Virus record (IMG/VR): IMGVR_UViG_3300008261_004773
Coordinates: 1-64,000 of that record
Reading direction: 5' to 3' (one strand)
Origin: a virus
Length of the DNA: 64,000 nucleotides
The translations under genes and the position numbers were made by a program. The notes beneath the pieces are model-generated. The model saw only the letters and a program-made list of their open reading frames with translations, made no database searches and had not been told where the DNA came from. This document shows, piece by piece, positions 30,147 through 37,839 of this stretch. How positions within the stretch are numbered: the stretch's first letter is position 1; each line of letters opens with the position of its first letter.

Positions 30147-30774
30147 TTCCTAAATCCCTGTATCTGTTTTTTGCCATTTGATTATATTCATAAAACGGGT
30201 TATCGAATCTTACAGGAAGAGAATTACCTCTCTTTATTACACCAACACCCCAATCTGTATTGATAGTATTAACCACTAAATCATCTCTGTGGGACCTTAG
30301 GTTATAGATTACTTTCCATACAGTTCCATTCCAAGGTTGTTGTTGTCCGTCTACATAATAATCTTCTCTTTGCATGAAGTATGACTCAGGATTACAATCA
30401 TGTAGGAATATGAAGCCATTTGGTTTCAGATGATATAGAGAATTCTGAACGTCTCTCATTACTTGTGATGATATGTGTAAACCATCTATGAATACCACAT
30501 CCCATTGAAATCCCGGATCTAAATCCAAATATCCTTTTTCCAAACTATCAAAAAATTGATCGGAAGTCATTTGATATTTCACTGGATTGTCGGGAAATTC
30601 TACACCTGGATCAACACCCATTTTGTTTTCGCAGTTTACCAAATCAAAACAATCGGAAGGGTTGCATACACCAATCTCCAAGTAGTTTTTGAAATTATTA
30701 ACTCTAATTACTTCGTTGATTATGTCGTATCTATAAATGTAATCCATGGTAGAATGATACAACGTCTTTTCCAA
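30103..30774 (-). CDS. Class I SAM-dependent methyltransferase (Methyltransf_24-like)
   Basis: YLEIGV, FIDGLH, LHD. Confidence 0.85.
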   Translation of the reverse strand: MEKTLYHSTMDYIYRYDIINEVIRVNNFKNYLEIGVCNPSDCFDLVNCENKMGVDPGVEFPDNPVKYQMTSDQFFDSLEKGYLDLDPGFQWDVVFIDGLHISSQVMRDVQNSLYHLKPNGFIFLHDCNPESYFMQREDYYVDGQQQPWNGTVWKVIYNLRSHRDDLVVNTINTDWGVGVIKRGNSLPVRFDNPFYEYNQMAKNRYRDLGIIEMSDFRDLYYSF

Positions 30775-30802
30775 TTTGTAAACTTAGATTATATTTACTT
30801 AT

Positions 30803-31498
30803 ATGAAGATTATTTTAACACCTGAAGATAAAAAGTATTTGAGATTCTACGGTAAATACATCCAATCTTATGGGGAAAAAGAAACCACATTTAGAATCGA
30901 TGATTGGAACCCTGACTACACAGATATACATGATGGAAGATTACACGCCGATGAGAATTATTACTTGGACATTCCCGAGAGAATAACACCAATCATCAGA
31001 AAAATCTCTGAGTCTTTGTCCGATTATGAACCTAATTATGAGAGTGATGATGTAGGATCAACTTGGGCGGATTTCAAAATTGATAGCCAAGACAATAGTG
31101 TTCACGTTGAATTTTGCTACAGTTATTTCACAAGGGATGAACAGGGTATGAGTTGGGATGAGGTGGAGATTTCGGCAGACGACACCCTTTCAAAAATTAT
31201 GGATGAATTGAGGGAGTCTAACGTACCATATATGTCAGTAAAATTTGATGGTAATGGTGATAGTGGATCTATCGAAGGTGCAGAGGATGAAGATGGTGCA
31301 ATTATTGATTTACCTGCAGACATTGAAGATTGGTGTTATAATCAATTGGAGAGTAATTACGGTGGATGGGAGATCAATGAAGGATCCAACGGATCTTTTA
31401 TCTTCAATACCGAAAAAAATGAAGTAATTCTTGATTTTGCGTGGAATAACGAAAATACAGAATGTGATACAATTTACGAAGAAAAGTTTGATATCTAA
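30803..31498 (+). CDS. DUF6878-like acidic protein
   Basis: FDG.GDSG ... GWEINEG. Confidence 0.6.
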   Translation: MKIILTPEDKKYLRFYGKYIQSYGEKETTFRIDDWNPDYTDIHDGRLHADENYYLDIPERITPIIRKISESLSDYEPNYESDDVGSTWADFKIDSQDNSVHVEFCYSYFTRDEQGMSWDEVEISADDTLSKIMDELRESNVPYMSVKFDGNGDSGSIEGAEDEDGAIIDLPADIEDWCYNQLESNYGGWEINEGSNGSFIFNTEKNEVILDFAWNNENTECDTIYEEKFDI

Positions 31499-31533
31499 GA
31501 AAGTTTTACTATCTTTGATATAATTATAAAAAC

Positions 31534-31680
31534 ATGAGAACTACAATGCGTCATACAGTCTTCAGTAAACAACAAGTGATTTGTTGGTACCAAGACACGC
31601 CCGTAGTTCAGAGTTAAGAATATCCTGATGTATAGTAATATACAAACCCTGAACGACAGAAATGAAGTTCGGGGTTTTTT
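31534..31680 (+). promoter_or_regulatory. Putative leader-peptide attenuator (27-aa ORF 31534..31617 plus terminator 31644..31680)
   Basis: ORF MRTTMRHTVFSKQQVICWYQDTPVVQS; terminator hairpin; antiterminator GTTCAGAGTT. Confidence 0.7.
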
Positions 31681-31726
31681 ATTTTTGGGATGTTTGGCTC
31701 TTTGGAATATTGGTTGTAAATTTGAC

Positions 31727-31799
31727 GGTCCTTTAGCTCAGTTGGAAGAGCACTTGCCTTACATGCAAGGTGTCGTAGGTTCGATTCCTACAGGGACTA
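31727..31799 (+). tRNA. tRNA-Val(TAC)
   Basis: Cloverleaf. Confidence 0.93.
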
Positions 31800-31809
31800 C
31801 AAAAAATGA

Positions 31810-31868
31810 CAAAGTCGGAAGTGAAACCTGTCCAAAGTCGGAAGTAAAAACAAGACAAAATCGGAAGT
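31810..31868 (+). repeat. Three 13-bp direct repeats CAAARTCGGAAGT, period 23
   Basis: Copies at 31810, 31833, 31856. Confidence 0.85.
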
Positions 31869-31869
31869 T

Positions 31870-32214
31870 ATGAAACCAAAACAATTACTACAGATGTGGG
31901 TTGAGAGATTCAACCAGTACGATTACGATGGATTATCTGAAATGTATTCAGAAAACGCCATCAACCATCAAACCCCATTAGGGATTCTTGAAGGTAAAGA
32001 AAAGTTGAAACAGTTTTTTAAGGAGGACTTTGAAAAACACGAGATGGTCTGTATTGTTGAAAATATTTTCGAAGATGGGAATGTCGGTATTTTGGAGTGG
32101 AAAGACCCAAAAGGGCTGAGAGGTTGTGGGTTTTTTTGGTTCGATAATGATAAAATAGTTTATCAAAGAGGGTATTGGGATAGATTAAGTTTTATGGAAC
32201 AGCAACAAAAGTAG
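31870..32214 (+). CDS. SnoaL/NTF2-like protein
   Basis: Y.E.A..HQ..G ... ILEW ... RGYWD. Confidence 0.8.
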   Translation: MKPKQLLQMWVERFNQYDYDGLSEMYSENAINHQTPLGILEGKEKLKQFFKEDFEKHEMVCIVENIFEDGNVGILEWKDPKGLRGCGFFWFDNDKIVYQRGYWDRLSFMEQQQK

Positions 32215-32217
32215 GTT

Positions 32218-32433
32218 ATGAAATATATTTTTAGAGGACATACTGTGTTTGAGTACAAACCAGATGATAAGTTTGATAAGGTAGTACAAGGTCAAATTCA
32301 TGGTGCAATTCCTGCTTTTGACTTTTGTAAGATGATTGACGAAGACTATAAATTGTTAGGAGAATTTTTCAACACAGTTTATAGGCATACTCAGGGAGAA
32401 GATGTACCTTTGGAAGATATTGAAGTTTATTAG
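32218..32433 (+). CDS. Small hypothetical protein
   Basis: ORF between SnoaL gene and tRNA-Phe. Confidence 0.55.
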   Translation: MKYIFRGHTVFEYKPDDKFDKVVQGQIHGAIPAFDFCKMIDEDYKLLGEFFNTVYRHTQGEDVPLEDIEVY

Positions 32434-32434
32434 A

Positions 32435-32507
32435 GGTGACGTAGCTCAGTTGGTAGAGCACTTGACTGAAGATCAAGGTGTCGTCAGTTCGATTCTGACC
32501 GTTACCA
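32435..32507 (+). tRNA. tRNA-Phe(GAA)
   Basis: Cloverleaf. Confidence 0.93.
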
Positions 32508-32511
32508 CGGA

Positions 32512-32612
32512 TGTTGAGTAGTGGATACGTTATTGGGCTCAAGCTCATTAAGGCGAAACGGTACGCTTCTCTTTTCGAGACCACGTTATGGGTTCGAGTC
32601 CCATCTCAACAA
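32512..32612 (+). ncRNA. tRNA-like RNA lacking canonical D and anticodon arms
   Basis: TGTTGAG/CTCAACA acceptor; ATGGG-TTCGAGT-CCCAT T arm. Confidence 0.7.
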
Positions 32613-32617
32613 CAACC

Positions 32618-32689
32618 GACCTCTTAGCTCAGTGGAAGAGCTCTTCACTTTTAATGAAGAAGTCGATGGTTCGAATCCATCAGGGGTCA
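32618..32689 (+). tRNA. tRNA-Lys(TTT)
   Basis: Cloverleaf. Confidence 0.93.
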
Positions 32690-32695
32690 CAATAA

Positions 32696-32767
32696 GGTCG
32701 AGTGGCCGAGTGGCTCAGGCGCTAGTCTGCAAAACTAGCTACCCCAGTTCGATTCTGGGTTCGACCT
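32696..32767 (+). tRNA. tRNA-Cys(GCA)
   Basis: Cloverleaf. Confidence 0.93.
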
Positions 32768-32782
32768 CGAAAAAAGAAAGTT

Positions 32783-33025
32783 ATGGAAACAGATACAAAA
32801 GTATTGGATGATTTCAGAAGGAGAATGACAAAACTTGGAATTGAATGCAAGTTTGTAGGGAATTTTCCATGGGTATATCTTGACGAGATCAATGGGAAAA
32901 GAGTTACTGAACGTTTCTGTGGTAACCATGGTTTCACAATTGCTTTCCTACCTATCCGTAAGGGACAAAAAATGAATCTCACAGATATTGGGGAGATAAT
33001 GAAAGTGGTAAGAAAGTATAGATGA
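32783..33025 (+). CDS. Small hypothetical phage protein
   Basis: GNFPWVYLDEING motif; ORF between tRNAs. Confidence 0.6.
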   Translation: METDTKVLDDFRRRMTKLGIECKFVGNFPWVYLDEINGKRVTERFCGNHGFTIAFLPIRKGQKMNLTDIGEIMKVVRKYR

Positions 33026-33031
33026 TAAAAC

Positions 33032-33104
33032 GCGTGTGTAGCTCAGCTGGAAGAGCAGTGGTCTCCAAAACCAAAGGTCGTAGGTTCGATTCCTACCATG
33101 CGTG
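33032..33104 (+). tRNA. tRNA-Trp(CCA)
   Basis: Cloverleaf. Confidence 0.93.
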
Positions 33105-33107
33105 CAA

Positions 33108-33241
33108 AAGGTTGATTGGGGAATGGTGATATCAATGACTCGAGAGTGTATTTCGGTCGGTATCATCGGAGTTGGGAGAAATACACCTGAGTAATGCCAA
33201 TCATAAAAGGGGTCGTCCACGCAACCATCTTCCCCTTTCCT
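33108..33241 (+). ncRNA. Unassigned structured RNA between tRNA-Trp and tRNA-Tyr
   Basis: TGATTGG/CCAATCA, GTGTATTTC/GAAATACAC and AAAGGGG/CCCCTTT helices. Confidence 0.6.
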
Positions 33242-33246
33242 AATTT

Positions 33247-33328
33247 GGGAGTATTGCCTAGCGGCAATGGCAGAAGACTGTAAATCTTCCCTCTTTCGAG
33301 TTCGTTGGTTCGAGTCCAGCTACTCCCA
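33247..33328 (+). tRNA. tRNA-Tyr(GTA)
   Basis: Cloverleaf with variable arm. Confidence 0.93.
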
Positions 33329-33333
33329 CTTAT

Positions 33334-33404
33334 TGTCGTATGGTGTAACGGTAACACAGCAGATTTTGGTTCTGCTTTTCAAGGTTCGAATCCTTGTGCG
33401 ACAA
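33334..33404 (+). tRNA. tRNA-Gln(TTG)
   Basis: Cloverleaf. Confidence 0.93.
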
Positions 33405-33409
33405 CTCAT

Positions 33410-33482
33410 GGTGGATGTAGTTCAGAGGAAGAACACTTGATTGTGGTTCAAGATGTCGTGGGTTCGAGTCCCATCATTCACC
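33410..33482 (+). tRNA. tRNA-His(GTG)
   Basis: Cloverleaf, G-1 and C73. Confidence 0.93.
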
Positions 33483-33488
33483 CAACAT

Positions 33489-33563
33489 TGGAATGTAGCT
33501 CAGTTGGTTTAGAGCGCTAATCTGATACGTTAGATGTCGGCGGTTCGAGTCCGCCCATTCCAA
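33489..33563 (+). tRNA. tRNA-Ile(GAT)
   Basis: Cloverleaf. Confidence 0.9.
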
Positions 33564-33570
33564 CAAAAGA

Positions 33571-33655
33571 GGAGAGTTGCCTGAGTGGTTAAAGGAGCGG
33601 TTTGCTAAACCGTGGTCGGGAAACTGATCCATTGGTTCGAATCCAATACTCTCCG
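33571..33655 (+). tRNA. tRNA-Ser(GCT)
   Basis: Cloverleaf with variable arm. Confidence 0.95.
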
Positions 33656-33705
33656 CATTTGACAATTAAAATCTATTTTACTATTATTTCATACAAACTT
33701 TTTTT

Positions 33706-34146
33706 ATGACTATCAAACAAGCTTTAAAGTACAAAAACAAACTTGCTAAGAAAATTTCTGAAGAGATGATCAAAATCTCGCATTATAACTCAATAGAAGT
33801 AGGATCTGTTCGTCCTTACGATGTTAATGAGTCTTACCAAAAATATTACACCATGGTAAATGAATTGGTGGATTTAAAAAACAAAATACATCTTGCAAAC
33901 GCACCTGTTTATTACCAAATTTTCCGTTTATCTGAATTAAAAGGAATGGTGAGTAACCTAAAACAATTGGATTGTTCTGAAGGTAAAGTTGCATCAAGAT
34001 ATGGTAGAAGTATGGGTGAAGAACCTACAATTAAGACCGCTGTAATTACAGTCAAAATGAGAGATGAGGCGGTGGAAACTTTGGAAACTGAGATTGAAAA
34101 AATTCAAGAAGAATTGGATCATCACAACGCAATTACAACAATTTAA
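33706..34146 (+). CDS. DIP1984/DUF6847-like coiled-coil protein
   Basis: M.IKQAL...LK.KI..AN ... IQEELD.HN..T pattern. Confidence 0.6.
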   Translation: MTIKQALKYKNKLAKKISEEMIKISHYNSIEVGSVRPYDVNESYQKYYTMVNELVDLKNKIHLANAPVYYQIFRLSELKGMVSNLKQLDCSEGKVASRYGRSMGEEPTIKTAVITVKMRDEAVETLETEIEKIQEELDHHNAITTI

Positions 34147-34153
34147 AAATATT

Positions 34154-34330
34154 GGGTCAAGTGAAGAGGAGAGATAATTAAAAGTTAAGCTAGCAATGGC
34201 TCTACAATCAAATATTTCTGATGCAGGAACTCGAATTGTGTATTCAAAAATTAAAATTCATCAGTTCAAAAATTAAACGTCAGATGTCAACATTCTTTCA
34301 ATTTTAATTTTCAAACCTTTTCCTTGATCC
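34154..34330 (+). ncRNA. Stem-closed RNA with heptad UCA/UUA repeats downstream of the DIP1984-like gene
   Basis: 15-bp closing helix; about 7-nt periodicity inside. Confidence 0.6.
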
Positions 34331-34348
34331 TCCTTAAAACAATTTATT

Positions 34349-34591
34349 ATGGAACTTTTTTGGACTTATTATGTTATCTGTGTGATTTATTGTCACATTC
34401 AACTCTACAAAAGATATCGTAGAGACATGACGCCTGGAGCGTTGAATATAACACCGGCTCTAGATTCAATCATGGTTATTATTCTCGGTTGGGCTTTGGC
34501 TCCTGTGGACTTTTTCCTAACTTGGATCAGGCTTTACAAAGAAGCTGAGGAAGCACGTAGAAGAAATTCAGACGATAAGAAAGTATTCTAA
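34349..34591 (+). CDS. Small membrane protein
   Basis: Two hydrophobic segments. Confidence 0.55.
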   Translation: MELFWTYYVICVIYCHIQLYKRYRRDMTPGALNITPALDSIMVIILGWALAPVDFFLTWIRLYKEAEEARRRNSDDKKVF

Positions 34592-34672
34592 TTTGACCTT
34601 TCGATATAGTTTTGATATATTTATAATCTATTGGTAAACTATTTTTTACATAAACTAAAACAAAAAAAACAA

Positions 34673-34846
34673 ATGAAAAAAGTATTGTTTTCTCTTTTGG
34701 TAATCGCAGGTTTAGCGGCTTGTAATGGTTCTACTTCTACTGAAGTTGCAACTAAAGATTCAGTTGTAGTTGATTCTACAGCAGTTTCTACAGAGGTTGT
34801 TGCTGATTCAACTAAAGTTGATTCAGTTGCTGCTGAAGTTAAGTAA
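34673..34846 (+). CDS. Small lipoprotein with DS-rich repeats
   Basis: LAAC lipobox; DSV/DST repeats typical of Bacteroidota. Confidence 0.7.
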   Translation: MKKVLFSLLVIAGLAACNGSTSTEVATKDSVVVDSTAVSTEVVADSTKVDSVAAEVK

Positions 34847-34867
34847 TTTATCTTCTCACCGAAATAG

Positions 34868-34896
34868 AAAACCCACTTTTTGAGTGGGTTTTTTAT
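34868..34896. terminator. Bidirectional terminator
   Basis: AAAACCCACT/AGTGGGTTTT. Confidence 0.7.
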
Positions 34897-36105
34897 TTAT
34901 AGTAATCTTTTGATCTGTTTTATATTTTCTCTGATGGATTCGTTTTTACTTACAGTATTCTTCTTTACCCAATCTACCCATTTGTAAGGTTGTACCTCAT
35001 CAGTTTTTGAGACAGTTTTGATATTACTTGTATCCACGTCTAACGCTCTTAAAGGTTTCGTTAATAGGTCTAATATTGGATCTTTTCTTGAGTCGAGTTT
35101 AGGTCTTTCAGGTTTGATCTCCTTTCTTTTCTTGTCTTTGTCATCAACCTCTGTGTCACTGTCGAATTGTCTAAAACTTATTTTTGACTTAGATCTATCT
35201 AATATTCTTGCAACAGTATCACGACCGGCAGTTCCAATAACTTTATTCTTTGACAATGTCTGATCCGGTCTTACTTTGATATTAGATACAGAGCAAAATT
35301 CTGTGTAATAAATTTTCTTTTCAATCATATGTTGTATGATTACAGAATCTTTACAGTTGTCTCTGTTACCAACAAAAACAACTTTACCATCCTCTGGATT
35401 CAAAACTTTCTTATCATTATCGACTGAATATTCTACGCTTGATATGTAACGACCATTAGACAACTCGTATACTTCGTTGATTGGGGTTATCATATCTCTG
35501 TGTTCAAGTTTCATCATCACAGCATTTTTCAGTGGCTCTAATATCTTTTTCAATATTGGATCCTCACTACGTTCTTTGGATGTGGTGTCTTTTTTGACTT
35601 GAGTATCTTTACTAAAAAAGTCATCCCAATTAGTTTCGGATGATTTTGTCCCTGCAGACATAGGAATATTTTGTGTACCAACGTCGAACTTATCAACGTA
35701 ATTCATTGGATCAACCAATTTACCATCTTTTTTCAATGTGAAATGTAAATGCGGACCACGTGAGTTACCTCTACCCGGATCATCCGATCCTCCACCTGAA
35801 AGCCCGACCACCTGACCTCTTTTTACAGTACTACCCTGAGATACATCAACGCGTTTTACGTGACAAAATCTACTCCAAAAACCATTACCATAATCAATAT
35901 CGATTGTACCACCACATTGTCTGTTATGATTTGGGTGTGCTGTTTTTACAATACCATCTGCTGGTGCCTTTATAGCTGTGCCTGAAGGTACGGGAATGTC
36001 CACACCTGGATGTGTTTCATAACTTCTTTTGGCACCAAATGGAGAAGATACTTGGGATGATCCTACAGGATTCATAAATGTGACTTCTCTCAGTAACTTT
36101 TTCAT
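34897..36105 (-). CDS. M23 peptidase with a second, degenerate M23 domain
   Basis: HPGVD, H, HLHF in the first domain; second domain lacks the ligands. Confidence 0.85.
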   Translation of the reverse strand: MKKLLREVTFMNPVGSSQVSSPFGAKRSYETHPGVDIPVPSGTAIKAPADGIVKTAHPNHNRQCGGTIDIDYGNGFWSRFCHVKRVDVSQGSTVKRGQVVGLSGGGSDDPGRGNSRGPHLHFTLKKDGKLVDPMNYVDKFDVGTQNIPMSAGTKSSETNWDDFFSKDTQVKKDTTSKERSEDPILKKILEPLKNAVMMKLEHRDMITPINEVYELSNGRYISSVEYSVDNDKKVLNPEDGKVVFVGNRDNCKDSVIIQHMIEKKIYYTEFCSVSNIKVRPDQTLSKNKVIGTAGRDTVARILDRSKSKISFRQFDSDTEVDDKDKKRKEIKPERPKLDSRKDPILDLLTKPLRALDVDTSNIKTVSKTDEVQPYKWVDWVKKNTVSKNESIRENIKQIKRLL

Positions 36106-36142
36106 ATAAGATAAATACCCATAAAAAAGAAAAACCGATTTT

Positions 36143-36364
36143 TCAATCGGCTTCTTTTTTTCTGTCTAATCCATATTTGATATACTTGTACCAAATACGT
36201 TCATGGATATAATATTGTATTGGTTTGTAAAGTAATTCTGCAACTCCGAAAGCGGCACCAACTTTTACAGAACCAGTTGCAAACCACATGATAAGAAAAC
36301 CTATTAGTGTACTAATAATTCTGTAACTTATGGTTTTAGCAACGTGTCTTTTATTTTGTACCAT
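36143..36364 (-). CDS. DUF2061 membrane protein
   Basis: KTISYR ... YYIHERIW. Confidence 0.85.
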   Translation of the reverse strand: MVQNKRHVAKTISYRIISTLIGFLIMWFATGSVKVGAAFGVAELLYKPIQYYIHERIWYKYIKYGLDRKKEAD

Positions 36365-36756
36365 TATACTTCGTACGAATTAACCATCTCAGTGATATCT
36401 AATCCTTCCCATCCCTGATTACGGTTCAAATTTATACCTATAGCTCTCGGTATTTGTTCATTCTCAGGATCTTTGTCGTTAAGTATTACTCTTGTACCTC
36501 TACCTAAGTCCATAACAAGTTGATGGTATTTGACACCAATTTTTTCGAGTTCCTGTTTTGTGAACAATTCGTATGAGCTTGGTCTAGCTGTTGTTATTAC
36601 TATTACTGCCCCCTCGTCGTAGTATTTGTTTATTACATCGATAACCTCTTGTATGGGGGTCAAAACTGAAGTTGATAGTTCATTGAACTTTCTATATTGA
36701 ACTAATGTTCCATCGATATCGACGAAGAAAGTTGGGTTTTTAATTGTTTTATTCAT
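36364..36756 (-). CDS. HAD phosphatase (PNKP 3'-phosphatase-like)
   Basis: DIDGT, TAR, ND. Confidence 0.8.
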   Translation of the reverse strand: MNKTIKNPTFFVDIDGTLVQYRKFNELSTSVLTPIQEVIDVINKYYDEGAVIVITTARPSSYELFTKQELEKIGVKYHQLVMDLGRGTRVILNDKDPENEQIPRAIGINLNRNQGWEGLDITEMVNSYEV

Positions 36757-37273
36757 TGCTTAAGAAAAAATGTATTCCTTTACTCCAGTAATCACCAAAT
36801 GAACCTTCAATATCTTTGTATTTTATCGATGTCACGTAGTCTTCACCTTCAATATCGGTAATGTTTATTTTTAGTTTTGATACGTCAAAATTCTCCTCAT
36901 CGTCAATTGTAATTTCGAAGAACTGACCTTTGATATTATCTTCAACATATAACGTATTAGAGTTGTAGATTTCCGTCATTTCAGAGTTGGGATCATGTGT
37001 TTCTTGGAATAGAATTATCTGAACTTCCTCTTTAAATATGGTTGCATTTTCATCATCAAACACAGTTATTTCAGTGTTTTCAGGAATTCCACCAACTATT
37101 GAGGATTCCGTAGAGACTAAATGTTCCATGTCAACGTTGAGGATATCGGCAACGTCCTCTAATATACACTCTTGTAAATTTAGATGTTCGAGTTGTTCTC
37201 TCTGATCCGAATCAATCGGATGTTGATAAATTTCTGAACCTCTACCTTGTAATACAATGGTGAATTTGGGCAT
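36749..37273 (-). CDS. Acidic hypothetical protein
   Basis: 174-aa ORF. Confidence 0.55.
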   Translation of the reverse strand: MPKFTIVLQGRGSEIYQHPIDSDQREQLEHLNLQECILEDVADILNVDMEHLVSTESSIVGGIPENTEITVFDDENATIFKEEVQIILFQETHDPNSEMTEIYNSNTLYVEDNIKGQFFEITIDDEENFDVSKLKINITDIEGEDYVTSIKYKDIEGSFGDYWSKGIHFFLSNE

Positions 37274-37288
37274 ATGTTTTATTTTTTG

Positions 37289-37361
37289 AGCGGGAAACCG
37301 GGCTCGAACCGGCCACCTATAGCTTGGAAGGCTATCGCTCTACCAAATGAGCTACTCCCGC
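37289..37361 (-). tRNA. tRNA-Gly(TCC)
   Basis: Cloverleaf. Confidence 0.95.
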
Positions 37362-37544
37362 TTAATATCTTTTTGGAATTATAATCCAAAATAAAATATA
37401 AATCAAAATTATTGGTAGTGGAGAAAAAATAAGTCCTGCAAACAATATTCTGAAAAAAACAGGATCTGTGTTGAAGTATTCACCTAATCCTGAGCAAACA
37501 CCACCGAAAACTTTATCGACGGGATCTCTGAAAATTCGTTTCAT
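37362..37544 (-). CDS. PspC domain protein
   Basis: R...DKVFGGVCSGLGEYF..DP...R..F. Confidence 0.85.
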   Translation of the reverse strand: MKRIFRDPVDKVFGGVCSGLGEYFNTDPVFFRILFAGLIFSPLPIILIYILFWIIIPKRY

Positions 37545-37560
37545 AAATTATATTATTTAA

Positions 37561-37640
37561 GTGAACAGTGGTTGGTGGGATACTATACCTCGGAGTCGAC
37601 TTCCTTTCACTGCTGCAGACAGTTACACCAACATGTTCAC
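37561..37640 (-). ncRNA. Unassigned 80-nt structured RNA
   Basis: GTGAACA/TGTTCAC and GTTGGTG/CACCAAC stacked helices. Confidence 0.5.
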
Positions 37641-37646
37641 CATCCG

Positions 37647-37742
37647 TTAAAATGTGATATTGTCCCCATGTTCAGGATAATCATCTCCCTGTCCATTGTT
37701 GGGATCGAGTTCTACCTCGTATTTCAAATCATAACTCATCAT
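37647..37742 (-). CDS. Possible 31-aa acidic peptide MMSYDLKYEVELDPNNGQGDDYPEHGDNITF
   Basis: Translated by hand; follows tRNA-Thr. Confidence 0.35.
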   Translation of the reverse strand: MMSYDLKYEVELDPNNGQGDDYPEHGDNITF

Positions 37743-37755
37743 CAACGGTTTTGTG

Positions 37756-37828
37756 AGCCAGAGACAGGAATCGAACCTGCGACCTACTGATTACAAATCA
37801 GTTGCTCTACCTGCTGAGCTACTCGGGC
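37756..37828 (-). tRNA. tRNA-Thr(TGT)
   Basis: Cloverleaf. Confidence 0.93.
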
Positions 37829-37839
37829 ATTCATTCTAA

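Noticed and set aside
31810-31868. CRISPR array
   Set aside because: 13-bp repeats and 10-bp spacers are too short; no cas genes in the window
28741-33665. ORF-track entries overlapping tRNAs (for example 28741, 28822, 31628, 32369, 32521, 33163, 33305, 33474; also 25073 and 37572)
   Set aside because: Shadow frames across tRNA or ncRNA genes
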